Source: Candidatus Buchananbacteria bacterium CG10_big_fil_rev_8_21_14_0_10_33_19 (GTDB taxonomy: Bacteria; Patescibacteriota; Patescibacteriia; 2-01-FULL-39-33). From it: DNA of 64,000 nt. Shown here piece after piece: positions 20,275 to 29,071 of the stretch (the first letter of the stretch is position 1; each line of letters begins with the position of its first letter). The notes beneath the pieces are model-generated. The model had not been told where the DNA came from and ran no database searches. It worked only from the letters and a program-made list of their open reading frames with translations. The stretch covers positions 297,613 through 361,612 of the forward strand of contig PEZY01000012.1 of NCBI GenBank assembly GCA_002773855.1, given 5' to 3'. The position numbers and the translations under genes are program-made.

Positions 20275-20427
20275 ATGGAAAGTATAGTAAAATGTGCTCA
20301 ATGTGATATGCCTATAACTGATGAATCAAAATGTAAATGTGACTCTAATTTGTGTAAAGATTGTTGTGATTGTAAAAAATCAGAAGATTCAAAGTGTGCC
20401 TGTGGCCATGATTGCGGTTGTAAATAG
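20275..20427 (+). CDS. Metallothionein-like Cys-rich peptide, 50 aa (not in ORF track)
   Basis: MESIVKCAQCDMPITDESKCKCDSNLCKDCCDCKKSEDSKCACGHDCGCK*: 12 Cys in CxxC/CxC/CC clusters, no Phe/Tyr/Trp; terminator follows. Confidence 0.8.
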   Translation: MESIVKCAQCDMPITDESKCKCDSNLCKDCCDCKKSEDSKCACGHDCGCK

Positions 20428-20441
20428 TATTTAAGTATTTT

Positions 20442-20468
20442 AAATAGCCCCTTGCAGGGCTATTTTTT
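20442..20468 (+). terminator. Intrinsic terminator
   Basis: AAATAGCCC-CTTGCA-GGGCTATTT followed by further T residues. Confidence 0.75.
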
Positions 20469-20557
20469 ATTTGACTAAAATTTAATTTTATTGTAAAATA
20501 TTAATCTAATAATAGCTCTTTTAACAACTAAAATGGAAACCACAGGAGTGTTACAGT

Positions 20558-20818
20558 ATGAAGCATATTAATCAGGCAATTGAAGATCTGTTGTATAATT
20601 TAAAAATGGCTTATTTAAAGGTTAAATATCGCATATGGAATAAGTATATTCTTATGTGGTGGTATCGTTTATGGATCAGACAAGACGAAAATCATAAGTC
20701 GTTAGACATGGACTGGCGAGCGACAGTAGGAATGGATGAAAAAGGTATTAAAAAATATTTTCTGGATCTATCTAGGCGCAGAGATATTGCTCATGAACGA
20801 GATAAACTGAGGGAGTGA
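20558..20818 (+). CDS. Hypothetical protein (ORFan)
   Basis: TTGACT(20471)-17-TAAAAT promoter; AGGAG SD. Confidence 0.75.
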   Translation: MKHINQAIEDLLYNLKMAYLKVKYRIWNKYILMWWYRLWIRQDENHKSLDMDWRATVGMDEKGIKKYFLDLSRRRDIAHERDKLRE

Positions 20819-20824
20819 TACTTA

Positions 20825-21817
20825 ATGAAAAAGTTATCACCTCAACATATTTTAAGAAAGTGTTCTAAGTGTCGCTGTCTTCGCACTAATACTGGTAATG
20901 AATTTTTTTGTAGTTTACACTATGATCAACCAGAAAAGGGAATCCATACTTTGTTAGACTTTAAAAAAAATCATCATGGAGTTAATATTGATGAACCTAA
21001 GTGTGCTGGACGCTCTAATGCAGTTGACCTAGAAACATTGGTTAATGAAGTAGCAGCTAGAGCCAGACATTTCGGTAGAAGTTTAATTGGTTTTTCAACT
21101 GGCTCTCTTTATAAATTTGAAGTGCCGTTAGTGGATAAATTAAAAGCTTTTCTTCGAGCTGGTTCAACGGTTTTGGAATTAAGTTTTGCCACCACAGAAG
21201 AATTACTAGCTTTTGATCCAACTGAAGCCGATTTAAGTAAGTTTAAAAAATATCATAAAATTACTGTTCATGCTCCTTGGAAGGGTATTAGGTATTTTGA
21301 TGGTACTGTTCAGGCCTATCAGGTGATTGAAAAAATCATAGAATTAGGTCAACTTTTTCATGTTAGCGGAGTAGTGTTTCATCCAGATATTGTAGATAAT
21401 TTTGATGCTTTGGATTTTGTGCCACTGCCAATTTTGATTGAAAATATGGATCGTAATAAGAAGTTTGGTATTTCGCCGGAAGAAATGGCTATGATCAAGC
21501 TTAATTATGGTTTTGATTTTGTTTTGGACTTGCAACATGCCTATGAGCATGATCCGTCAATGTTATTAGCTCAGGAGTTAATAGAGGCTATGGGTGATCG
21601 TATTGCCCATTTGCATGTTAGTGGTCAATCTAAAACTAGTCGTCATGCTCCAGTTTATCAAGCTAATAACAAGAATGAGATATGTAAACTACTTAGGACA
21701 TTACCTAACATACCAGTAATATTAGAGGGGGTTATTTCAGAAAATTTCTTTCCTAGTATTAAGATAGAAATTCACTATGTTACTGAAAATGGTGATCCAT
21801 TTAAAAAAAAATACTAA
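20825..21817 (+). CDS. Xylose-isomerase/endonuclease-IV-like TIM-barrel protein with N-terminal Cys/His zinc-finger-like extension
   Basis: TVHAP, VFHPD, IENMD, LDLQHA, HLHVSG, ILEG metal motifs; N-terminal CSKCRC...C..H. Confidence 0.75.
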   Translation: MKKLSPQHILRKCSKCRCLRTNTGNEFFCSLHYDQPEKGIHTLLDFKKNHHGVNIDEPKCAGRSNAVDLETLVNEVAARARHFGRSLIGFSTGSLYKFEVPLVDKLKAFLRAGSTVLELSFATTEELLAFDPTEADLSKFKKYHKITVHAPWKGIRYFDGTVQAYQVIEKIIELGQLFHVSGVVFHPDIVDNFDALDFVPLPILIENMDRNKKFGISPEEMAMIKLNYGFDFVLDLQHAYEHDPSMLLAQELIEAMGDRIAHLHVSGQSKTSRHAPVYQANNKNEICKLLRTLPNIPVILEGVISENFFPSIKIEIHYVTENGDPFKKKY

Positions 21818-21839
21818 TCCGGCAATATGCTGGATTTTT

Positions 21840-22799
21840 TTATTGTCCACTGTGAAATTTTTTGTGAATATCTTTTAATTTTTTATTAGTAACATGCGTA
21901 TATATTTGAGTGGTGGCAATATTGCTGTGGCCTAGTAATTCTTGGACCGATCTTAGATCAGCGCCTTGATCTAATAAATCAGTGGCGTAGCTGTGTCTAA
22001 GGGTGTGAGGTGTAGCGTCTACTGGTAGACCAGCCATAACAGTATATTTTTTTACTAAATTTTCAATTGATCTAGACGATAGTCTGTGGTCATCATCGTT
22101 ATTATTGCGACTATAGTTGATAAACAGGGGAGTTAACATGTCATTTCTGGTCTTAAGGTATTTTGAAAGCCATTTTAGGGATCGATTGGAAAAATAGATA
22201 GTTCTAGTTTTGCCACCCTTACCATTAATAACTAATTCCTGGTCAGTGAACTTATTTGTAATCAGGTTATTGCGATTAAACTGCTTAACGTTAAGCGAAG
22301 TTAATTCTGAGACCCGGATGCCAGTAGAGAAGAGTACCTCTAGTATGGTTCTATCTCTTAAGCCATCAGGCTTAGATGTATTTGGCATATTTAACATTTT
22401 TTCAATTTGTTCAAAATTTAAAAATTTAATTGATTTATCTTTATCAGTTAATTTTGGTAATTTTATTTTGTCAGAGGGCAGTGAGATGATATCTTTGTCA
22501 GCTAAATAATTTAAGAGTATTCTAATGGCCCTTAAATAATAGCTTTGAGTAGTCTTTTTAATCCGTTTACCCTTATCATCCTGTTTACGTGATAAATAGA
22601 GTCGGTAGTCCCAAATATGGTCTGTAGTGAGCTCGTGGGGCTTGATATCAACTAAGTCATGATCCTTAAGCCAGTTTATAAACATTTTTAGAAAGTTATG
22701 ATAATTACGGGTTGATACTGGACTCAGGCCCTTTTCAACCTCACAATAGTCTAGGAAGTTAGGGATATGTTTAATTAGTGGAATATTAGATTTTTTCAT
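21840..22799 (-). CDS. Xer-type tyrosine recombinase
   Basis: N-terminal SAM-like domain; RDRTILEVLFSTGIRVSEL; GKGGKTR; TPHTLRHSYATDLL..GADLRSVQELLGH....TTQIYTHV (complete R-K-H-R-H-Y). Confidence 0.95.
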   Translation of the reverse strand: MKKSNIPLIKHIPNFLDYCEVEKGLSPVSTRNYHNFLKMFINWLKDHDLVDIKPHELTTDHIWDYRLYLSRKQDDKGKRIKKTTQSYYLRAIRILLNYLADKDIISLPSDKIKLPKLTDKDKSIKFLNFEQIEKMLNMPNTSKPDGLRDRTILEVLFSTGIRVSELTSLNVKQFNRNNLITNKFTDQELVINGKGGKTRTIYFSNRSLKWLSKYLKTRNDMLTPLFINYSRNNNDDDHRLSSRSIENLVKKYTVMAGLPVDATPHTLRHSYATDLLDQGADLRSVQELLGHSNIATTQIYTHVTNKKLKDIHKKFHSGQ

Positions 22800-22812
22800 A
22801 GTTTTTTGGTTC

Positions 22813-22846
22813 TTTACTTCTCTTATCCTCTGTTATACGAAGTTAA
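22813..22846. other. Candidate dif-like recombination site (chromosome terminus)
   Basis: TTTACTTCTCTTA-TCCTCTGT-TATACGAAGTTAA, an imperfect inverted repeat 13 nt upstream of the xer ATG; gene orientation converges here. Confidence 0.65.
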
Positions 22847-22896
22847 ATATATTATAAAATAAAATTAGTAATCACTCAATAAAGTTATCCCCTGGC

Positions 22897-23035
22897 TCAT
22901 AATGCATAACGCATAGCGTATAACATATAACGCATAACGCATAACTTATAATATGTAATACACAACATGTGACGCGTAACGGAAAATTTATTATTACTAA
23001 CTGCATAGGCTAGTGTTATGTGTTACTCGTTATGC
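22897..23035. repeat. About 12 tandem 7-mers (GCATAAC consensus) plus 3 inverted copies
   Basis: TCATAAT GCATAAC GCATAGC GTATAAC ATATAAC GCATAAC GCATAAC TTATAAT ATGTAAT ACACAAC ATGTGAC GCGTAAC ... GTTATGT GTTACTC GTTATGC. Confidence 0.85.
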
Positions 23036-23056
23036 ATGGATGCTCTCCCCTATTTT

Positions 23057-23902
23057 CTACTTATAATATATTTTATCGCCGAATCTTAAGTCAATGTATT
23101 CCAATACCGAACGGTCTTTGACTTTATTATTTAAAACCATCTGCATATTTTCTATGGCCGTATCAAAGTTACTAGTAACATCAAAATGAGCTTGCCAGCC
23201 GAGCTTGGTAATAGCGGTTATTTCGTTCAATCCCCCGCTTTTATAATTATTTATCTCAATACCTAGAGATTTTAATTTGTCGTTTAATTGTAAAATAAAA
23301 TCAACAATAGTACTAGACACAGCTTCTGTCCCAATAGTTGTTTCCTTGTCAGTTAGCATTAGTGGAAATTCACTAATATAAATATTGCTTTCTTCTGGTC
23401 TAATTTCTCTAATAATTATGCCCTGCTTGTCAACAAAAAATAACTTGTCATTATTTTTAATTATTAGGTAATTAATCCTTTCTTTAATGTTAATAGTGAT
23501 TTTTTTCCAGCCACGTTTAATTGCTATTTCATCTAAGCCATATTTACCGCCAATAGCCTTAATTATATTTGATTTACTAATAAATAATATATTTTGTTGT
23601 GGTAGTATGAACCAGCGCCAATTATTAAGTTGTTCATCAACTATTTGTTCTAATTCTATTTTGTTTATTAGGTCAGCACCATTAACGTCAATGGTTTGAA
23701 TTTTAAATAAATCACTGTAAATTATAATGTATAACAAAAAAACACCTAAAAGTATTTTTAAATACAATTTAGTATTAAATCCTCCAGAATGCTCTTTTTT
23801 AACGGATCTAGTAAAATAAGGATTTGAGAAATGCTTTCTTTTGTAGTCTTTTTTGATCCTTATTTTTGATTGATAATTCTTATTAGAAAAATCTTTAATC
23901 AT
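23057..23902 (-). CDS. ftsQ: Cell division protein FtsQ/DivIB-like
   Basis: One TM, POTRA (F.I..I.V.G...I.I.ER), C-terminal YIDLRFGDKIYYK; directly after ddl. Confidence 0.8.
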   Translation of the reverse strand: MIKDFSNKNYQSKIRIKKDYKRKHFSNPYFTRSVKKEHSGGFNTKLYLKILLGVFLLYIIIYSDLFKIQTIDVNGADLINKIELEQIVDEQLNNWRWFILPQQNILFISKSNIIKAIGGKYGLDEIAIKRGWKKITINIKERINYLIIKNNDKLFFVDKQGIIIREIRPEESNIYISEFPLMLTDKETTIGTEAVSSTIVDFILQLNDKLKSLGIEINNYKSGGLNEITAITKLGWQAHFDVTSNFDTAIENMQMVLNNKVKDRSVLEYIDLRFGDKIYYK

Positions 23903-24839
23903 TTTTTATTGATAATTCTATAATTCTATTTAATAAATCTGTAAAACTTAAGCCATGACTTTTTGCGCTTTTAGGACATAAACTATTTTCTGTTAAGCCT
24001 GGTAGAGTATTAATTTCTAGAAAAAATATTTGTTGGTCTTTTATTATAAAGTCCACACGGCTTAGTCCGCGACATCCTAAAATATTAGCTATCATTAAAG
24101 CTTGATTTTTAATGTTTGTTTCTAATTCTTTATTAATCCTAGCTGGTACTATCTCTTGGCATTTGCCAGTAGTGTATTTAGATTCATAGTCAAAAAAATC
24201 GTTCCCAGGTAAAATTTCAATTAAGGGCATGGCTTCATTACCAAGGATTGAAGCAGTGATTTCCTGACCGTTTATATATTCTTCTATTATGGTAGTTTCA
24301 TCATGTAAAAATGATTCATTAATTGCGTCTATTAATTTGTTGTAATTTTTAACTATACTTACACCCACTGAAGATCCAGAAATACTTGGTTTTATAACAA
24401 TTGGCAGTGTTGTTTGCTTAGATATAGTTTCTATGATTTTGTCTTTATTTTTGAGCCAATTACTTTTTTTAATAATTAGATCATTTGGTGTCAATATATT
24501 ATGAGATTTAAGTATTTTTTTAGATAGAACTTTATCCATACATAAAGCCGATGCTGTTACTTCACTACCGTTATAAGGCATGTTTAATGAATCTAATAAA
24601 CCTTGAATTGATCCATCTTCACCAGCTTTTCCATGCAGGGCAATAAAACAAAAATCAATTTTCTTGTTTAAGCAATCATTAATTAGTTCTCTTAAGTTTA
24701 TTTTTGGATCATAAATATTTATGTCATATTTTTCTTTATCTAAGTTGTTTACAACTTGCAATCCAGAAGATAGCGACACTTCTCTTTCATTGGAAGTGCC
24801 GCCCAGAAGAACGCCAATTTTAAGTTTGTTGTTAGTCAT
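23895..24839 (-). CDS. ddl: D-alanine--D-alanine ligase
   Basis: GGTSNEREVSL.SG; ALHG..GEDG.IQG; GSSVG; FFDYESKY; LEINTLPG. Confidence 0.97.
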   Translation of the reverse strand: MTNNKLKIGVLLGGTSNEREVSLSSGLQVVNNLDKEKYDINIYDPKINLRELINDCLNKKIDFCFIALHGKAGEDGSIQGLLDSLNMPYNGSEVTASALCMDKVLSKKILKSHNILTPNDLIIKKSNWLKNKDKIIETISKQTTLPIVIKPSISGSSVGVSIVKNYNKLIDAINESFLHDETTIIEEYINGQEITASILGNEAMPLIEILPGNDFFDYESKYTTGKCQEIVPARINKELETNIKNQALMIANILGCRGLSRVDFIIKDQQIFFLEINTLPGLTENSLCPKSAKSHGLSFTDLLNRIIELSIKND

Positions 24840-26092
24840 TATTTTTTTAAAATAACATCAAAACCAGTAAATTTTTGCAAAACTGCTGGTATTTTAATAC
24901 TGCCATCAGCTTGTTGAAATTGCTCTAAAATAGCTGGAAAGAGTCGACTAGTAGCCAAACCAGAAGCATTTAGTGTATGAACAAATTCATTTTTGTCTGT
25001 ATCTGGGTTTTTATATCTAACATTGCCTCGACGAGCTTGATAATCACCAGCGTTAGAGGCACTAGATACTTCCTTGTAGACTGCCATTGACGGGATCCAA
25101 ACTTCAATGTCTTTGGTTTTTCTCATGGCCGCGCTGGCATCTCCTGCTGCTAATAGAGTTGTTTGATAATGTAGTCCTAAGCCTTCCACTAATTTTTCAG
25201 CATTTTCTACTAATTCATCAAAAGCCTTGGCAGACTCTTCGGGTTTGGTAAATTGAAACATTTCAATTTTGTTGAATTGATGACCGCGAATCATACCCCT
25301 CTCTTCCTTGCGATAAGAGCCAGCCTCTCGTCTAAAACAAGCACTATAAGCACAGTATTTTAATGGTAATAATTTTTCATCTAATATTTCATCTCGATGA
25401 TAGTTGCCTAACATCATTTCGGAAGTAGCATTAAGACAGCTTTTGTCTTGAGTCCAAAAAAGATCTTCTCTAAACTTTGGCAAATGACCAGAAGTATAGG
25501 CTGACTCCTCGGTTAATAAAAATGGTGGAATCATAAATTGATAGCCATTTCTGGTATGAAATTCTATAAAATAGCTTAAAAGTGCCCATTCTAAAATAGC
25601 ACCTTGGCCTTTGTAGATCCAAAAACCATTACCCGACATCTTGACTCCCCTTTCATAATCAATAATATCTAGATTAGTAGCTAGTTCTACATGATCTTTT
25701 GGCTCAAAATCAAAACTAGGTTTTTCTAAATAAGTTTTTACTATCTTATTATTTTCTTTGCCACCAGCAACAACATCTTCAGCAGGAATATTTGGCAATT
25801 CTGACATCGCTTCGTTAAATTTTATATCAACTTCAGCTAATTGAGTATCAATTTCTTTAATCTTCTCCCCTATTTCTTTCATGTTAGCAATAATTTCTGG
25901 AGTGGGCTTAGTTTTAGAATGTTTATTTCTTTCAGCTTTTAATTCTTCGGTTTTATGAATTAAATCCCTGCGCTCCTCATCAAATTTTAAAATTTGAGCC
26001 AAAATAGTTTCCAATTTATCAGCGTCCATGCGCTTGAGTAAGGCGGTTTTAATCCCCTCCTGATCTTCTCTGATTTTATTAATGTCTAGCAT
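24839..26092 (-). CDS. serS: Serine--tRNA ligase
   Basis: MLDI..IR; ATSE; CFRREAGS; R.HQF.K.E; EVSSASN; HTLNASGLA. Confidence 0.97.
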   Translation of the reverse strand: MLDINKIREDQEGIKTALLKRMDADKLETILAQILKFDEERRDLIHKTEELKAERNKHSKTKPTPEIIANMKEIGEKIKEIDTQLAEVDIKFNEAMSELPNIPAEDVVAGGKENNKIVKTYLEKPSFDFEPKDHVELATNLDIIDYERGVKMSGNGFWIYKGQGAILEWALLSYFIEFHTRNGYQFMIPPFLLTEESAYTSGHLPKFREDLFWTQDKSCLNATSEMMLGNYHRDEILDEKLLPLKYCAYSACFRREAGSYRKEERGMIRGHQFNKIEMFQFTKPEESAKAFDELVENAEKLVEGLGLHYQTTLLAAGDASAAMRKTKDIEVWIPSMAVYKEVSSASNAGDYQARRGNVRYKNPDTDKNEFVHTLNASGLATSRLFPAILEQFQQADGSIKIPAVLQKFTGFDVILKK

Positions 26093-26133
26093 ATTATTCG
26101 GTTAAAAATTATAAAGTAAAAAGTTATAAAATT

Positions 26134-26595
26134 TTATTTTTTATTTTTTAATATGTCAGTAATTAATAATGATAGACCTATTAAAAAATTTATAAATGCA
26201 ATAATAAAAAAACCATATCCAAAAATAGCAAGTTTACCAAATCCATCATCTACTAATGAAATAGCAATAATAACTAACAATAATGATAAAATAAATATGG
26301 AAATTATAATAATAAAATACTTTTTTGTAAAAAAATTAAGTCTCGCCATAAAAAGTAATAAAATCACCATAGCATAGGGTACAACAAGAAAAATGAAATC
26401 AAGAGGCATTAAAAATTGAATAAATACTGATAAGGCTATTATAGTAGAAGATAAAAGAAATACCTCACCAGTTATTAGAATTGGATTTTGAACACATTTA
26501 TTTATTAGTTTGTTTATCATTGATTTATTGTCTGATTTATTTTCATTAAATTCATCTATCGATTTTATAAAATCATTGTTATTTTCCTGTCTCAT
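26134..26595 (-). CDS. Four-TM membrane hypothetical protein
   Basis: Hydrophobic, very AT-rich ORF between lysS and serS. Confidence 0.7.
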   Translation of the reverse strand: MRQENNNDFIKSIDEFNENKSDNKSMINKLINKCVQNPILITGEVFLLSSTIIALSVFIQFLMPLDFIFLVVPYAMVILLLFMARLNFFTKKYFIIIISIFILSLLLVIIAISLVDDGFGKLAIFGYGFFIIAFINFLIGLSLLITDILKNKK

Positions 26596-26606
26596 AAGTT
26601 CTCTTT

Positions 26607-28127
26607 TTATTTGTTTAATTTTGTTTTTTGTGTTTTCGTGTTTTCGTGTTCCGTTGGTCTAAGTAATGGAAATAGTACTACATCCCGAAGATTGGTATGA
26701 CCGGTCAAAAGAGCGACTACGCGATCAATGCCCATGCCCCAACCAGAAATTGGTGGTGCACCATGCTCTAGAGCGGTAATAAACTCATCATCACTTTCCA
26801 TTACTTCTTCTTCGCCAGCCGCTTTAGCTTTTAATTGGTCATTAAATCTTTCTTTCTGATCAATAGGGTCAACTAGTTCGCTATAAGCTTTAATAATTTC
26901 CCAACCGTTGACTACTAATTGAAACTGATCAACAATATTTTCATCTTGATCATTAACTCTAGCCAGTGGTTGCAAATATTTAGGATAATGATACAAAATT
27001 GTTGGATTAATGATTTTTGGTCTAGAAACTTTTTTATATAAATTATCCACTAGTCCAGCTAGACTCATGTCGTTCATACCATCAAATTCTATTTCAGCTT
27101 TTTTAATATCAGTTAAAAGTTTTTTGTTGTCTGTATATTTGGTGATATCTAGGCCAGTATCAGTTTTTATTAATTCAATAAAATTAACTCGCTTAAATGG
27201 AGTTGAAAAATCGACTTGATGAGTTTTTTCATCACGGCCGATTAGTTCCATTTTTCGATCAATATCTAATTTATCAAATAGATAATCAATCATTTTTTCG
27301 GTAAAAATAATGTTATCTTCAAAATTCCAATAAGCACAATAGTGCTCTAGATGAGTGTGCTCTGGTAAGTGTGATGGATCTACACCCTCGTTCCTAAAAG
27401 CTTTGCCTAACTCAAACACTTTTTCCATACCACCAATGATTAACTCTTTTAGTGGTAGTTCATGAGAAATCCTCAAATAGATATCAATATCTAAGGCGTT
27501 GTTGTGGGTTTTATAAGGAGTAGCAGTGGCGCCAGTGGCTTGATGTAAAAAAGTTGGTGTCTCAACCTCATCGAAACCTTCTAAATAGTAAAATTCTCGA
27601 AGATTTTTAATAAAGTTACTTCTAAATTTAAAAGTTTTTTTAGAATCTTCGTTCATTAATAAGTCTAAATATCTTTGACGATAAATAGTATCTTGATCTT
27701 TAACGCCATGAAATTTTTCTGGCAGTGGTCTAAGGGCTTTGCCTAAGAAGGTATATTCATCAGCTAAAACCGAAATCTCCCCTTTTTGGGTGGTAAATAT
27801 CTTACCTTTAATGCCCAAAAAATCTCCCATATCCACTTTTTTTTCTAAAAATTTAAAATTGTCACGGCCAATTTCATTAAGTTTAAAAACAATTTGCATT
27901 TTTCCAGACCAATCCTGCAAATGACAGAAAGCAATTTTGCCCATTTCCCGTTTGGTCATAATACGACCAGCTACACTAACTTCGGTCCCCTCTTTTAGAG
28001 ATTTTGATTCTAATAAGAAGTGGGTTTTGGTAAATTTTTCTGGATATGGTATTATCCCCTCTTCTTTTATTTTTTCTAGCTTCTTTAGACGAACTTGACG
28101 TTCATCTTGCAGGTTATTTTCGGCCAT
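26607..28127 (-). CDS. lysS: Lysine--tRNA ligase (class II)
   Basis: AGRI...R.MGK; YRQRYLDL; FRNEG; G.PP.SGWGMGIDR; RDVVLFP. Confidence 0.97.
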   Translation of the reverse strand: MAENNLQDERQVRLKKLEKIKEEGIIPYPEKFTKTHFLLESKSLKEGTEVSVAGRIMTKREMGKIAFCHLQDWSGKMQIVFKLNEIGRDNFKFLEKKVDMGDFLGIKGKIFTTQKGEISVLADEYTFLGKALRPLPEKFHGVKDQDTIYRQRYLDLLMNEDSKKTFKFRSNFIKNLREFYYLEGFDEVETPTFLHQATGATATPYKTHNNALDIDIYLRISHELPLKELIIGGMEKVFELGKAFRNEGVDPSHLPEHTHLEHYCAYWNFEDNIIFTEKMIDYLFDKLDIDRKMELIGRDEKTHQVDFSTPFKRVNFIELIKTDTGLDITKYTDNKKLLTDIKKAEIEFDGMNDMSLAGLVDNLYKKVSRPKIINPTILYHYPKYLQPLARVNDQDENIVDQFQLVVNGWEIIKAYSELVDPIDQKERFNDQLKAKAAGEEEVMESDDEFITALEHGAPPISGWGMGIDRVVALLTGHTNLRDVVLFPLLRPTEHENTKTQKTKLNK

Positions 28128-28305
28128 ATTTTCGTTATTTTTAGATTGGGTAATGTTTTTATTCTACAATGTTAAACCAATTTTTGCAAGTGAAATTAAT
28201 GGTTATATAGTGACAAAAATTAAAAATTATGTTATAATTTAACTTTTATTATTTTATAAATAAAAAAGCTCCATTTCCTATTATAGGTGGAGCTCCTGGT
28301 AAAAT

Positions 28306-28641
28306 TCAAACTATTCTGTCTTTTCTTATCTCATTAATAATAGAAATAGTCCAGTTTATGGCGATTAAAACACTTGGCCAGGTGGATAATATAACAAATA
28401 TTTTATCTTCTTTGATGAGTTTAATGGTGGAAGATACTTTTTTAACCGCTTGCCTTTCGAAAAAAGTAAGAATAATATTTTGGTCAAAATCCTCCATTGA
28501 CGCCAAAAATTCTTGTTCTAAATCTTCTACTACAAAAGTTACAACTGATAGAATAATAAAGCCAATTAAATAATAAATAGCTACTGATAATAGTATAATG
28601 GTCATACTCATAATACAGACTAGCCACAGTGGAATGAACAT
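28306..28641 (-). CDS. Membrane hypothetical protein (ORFan)
   Basis: AGGAG SD; own TTGACA promoter near 28728; terminator at 28264-28294. Confidence 0.65.
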   Translation of the reverse strand: MFIPLWLVCIMSMTIILLSVAIYYLIGFIILSVVTFVVEDLEQEFLASMEDFDQNIILTFFERQAVKKVSSTIKLIKEDKIFVILSTWPSVLIAINWTISIINEIRKDRIV

Positions 28642-28765
28642 TTTATCTCTCCTGTTGGGTTTAAACGTATAACCAAACTAGAAATTAAATAGTTTAAATA
28701 TACTATATAATATTCACTAGTATGTCAAACAAAAAAAGAATCAAGTTGATTCTTTTTTAGGAGTA

Positions 28766-29059
28766 TTATTTTTTGCGTTTAGCTTTTTTTTCATTCTTTT
28801 TTTCTTTGAAATGAACTGCTAGTTTGCTCATTCCTTCGATTAGGGGTGGTAAATAACTGGCGGTAGTTTCAACTTTCTTTTTGACAATCTCTAGAATTTG
28901 ATCAATTAGATCTAATTTTTTTCTAGCACTAACTGTCATTTTTTTAATATCGCGTAAAATTAAAGCGATATAAATACAGCCCCAACCAATAGCCAAGCCA
29001 ATAAATATAACAATAAAAGCTATAGATAGGTTAAGAAAGTCTTGTGATGTTTGAAGCAT
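28766..29059 (-). CDS. Single-TM coiled-coil hypothetical protein
   Basis: N-terminal TM helix, helical body and basic tail. Confidence 0.75.
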   Translation of the reverse strand: MLQTSQDFLNLSIAFIVIFIGLAIGWGCIYIALILRDIKKMTVSARKKLDLIDQILEIVKKKVETTASYLPPLIEGMSKLAVHFKEKKNEKKAKRKK

Positions 29060-29071
29060 GGGAGTGTTATT

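Noticed and set aside
21840-22799. Prophage or ICE integrase
   Set aside because: Xer-like length and motifs, with no phage or conjugation genes or att direct repeats nearby.
26621-26650. 8-bp repeat (TGTTTTCG) at the lysS 3' end
   Set aside because: Only about three degenerate units, giving a short tail; too weak to interpret.
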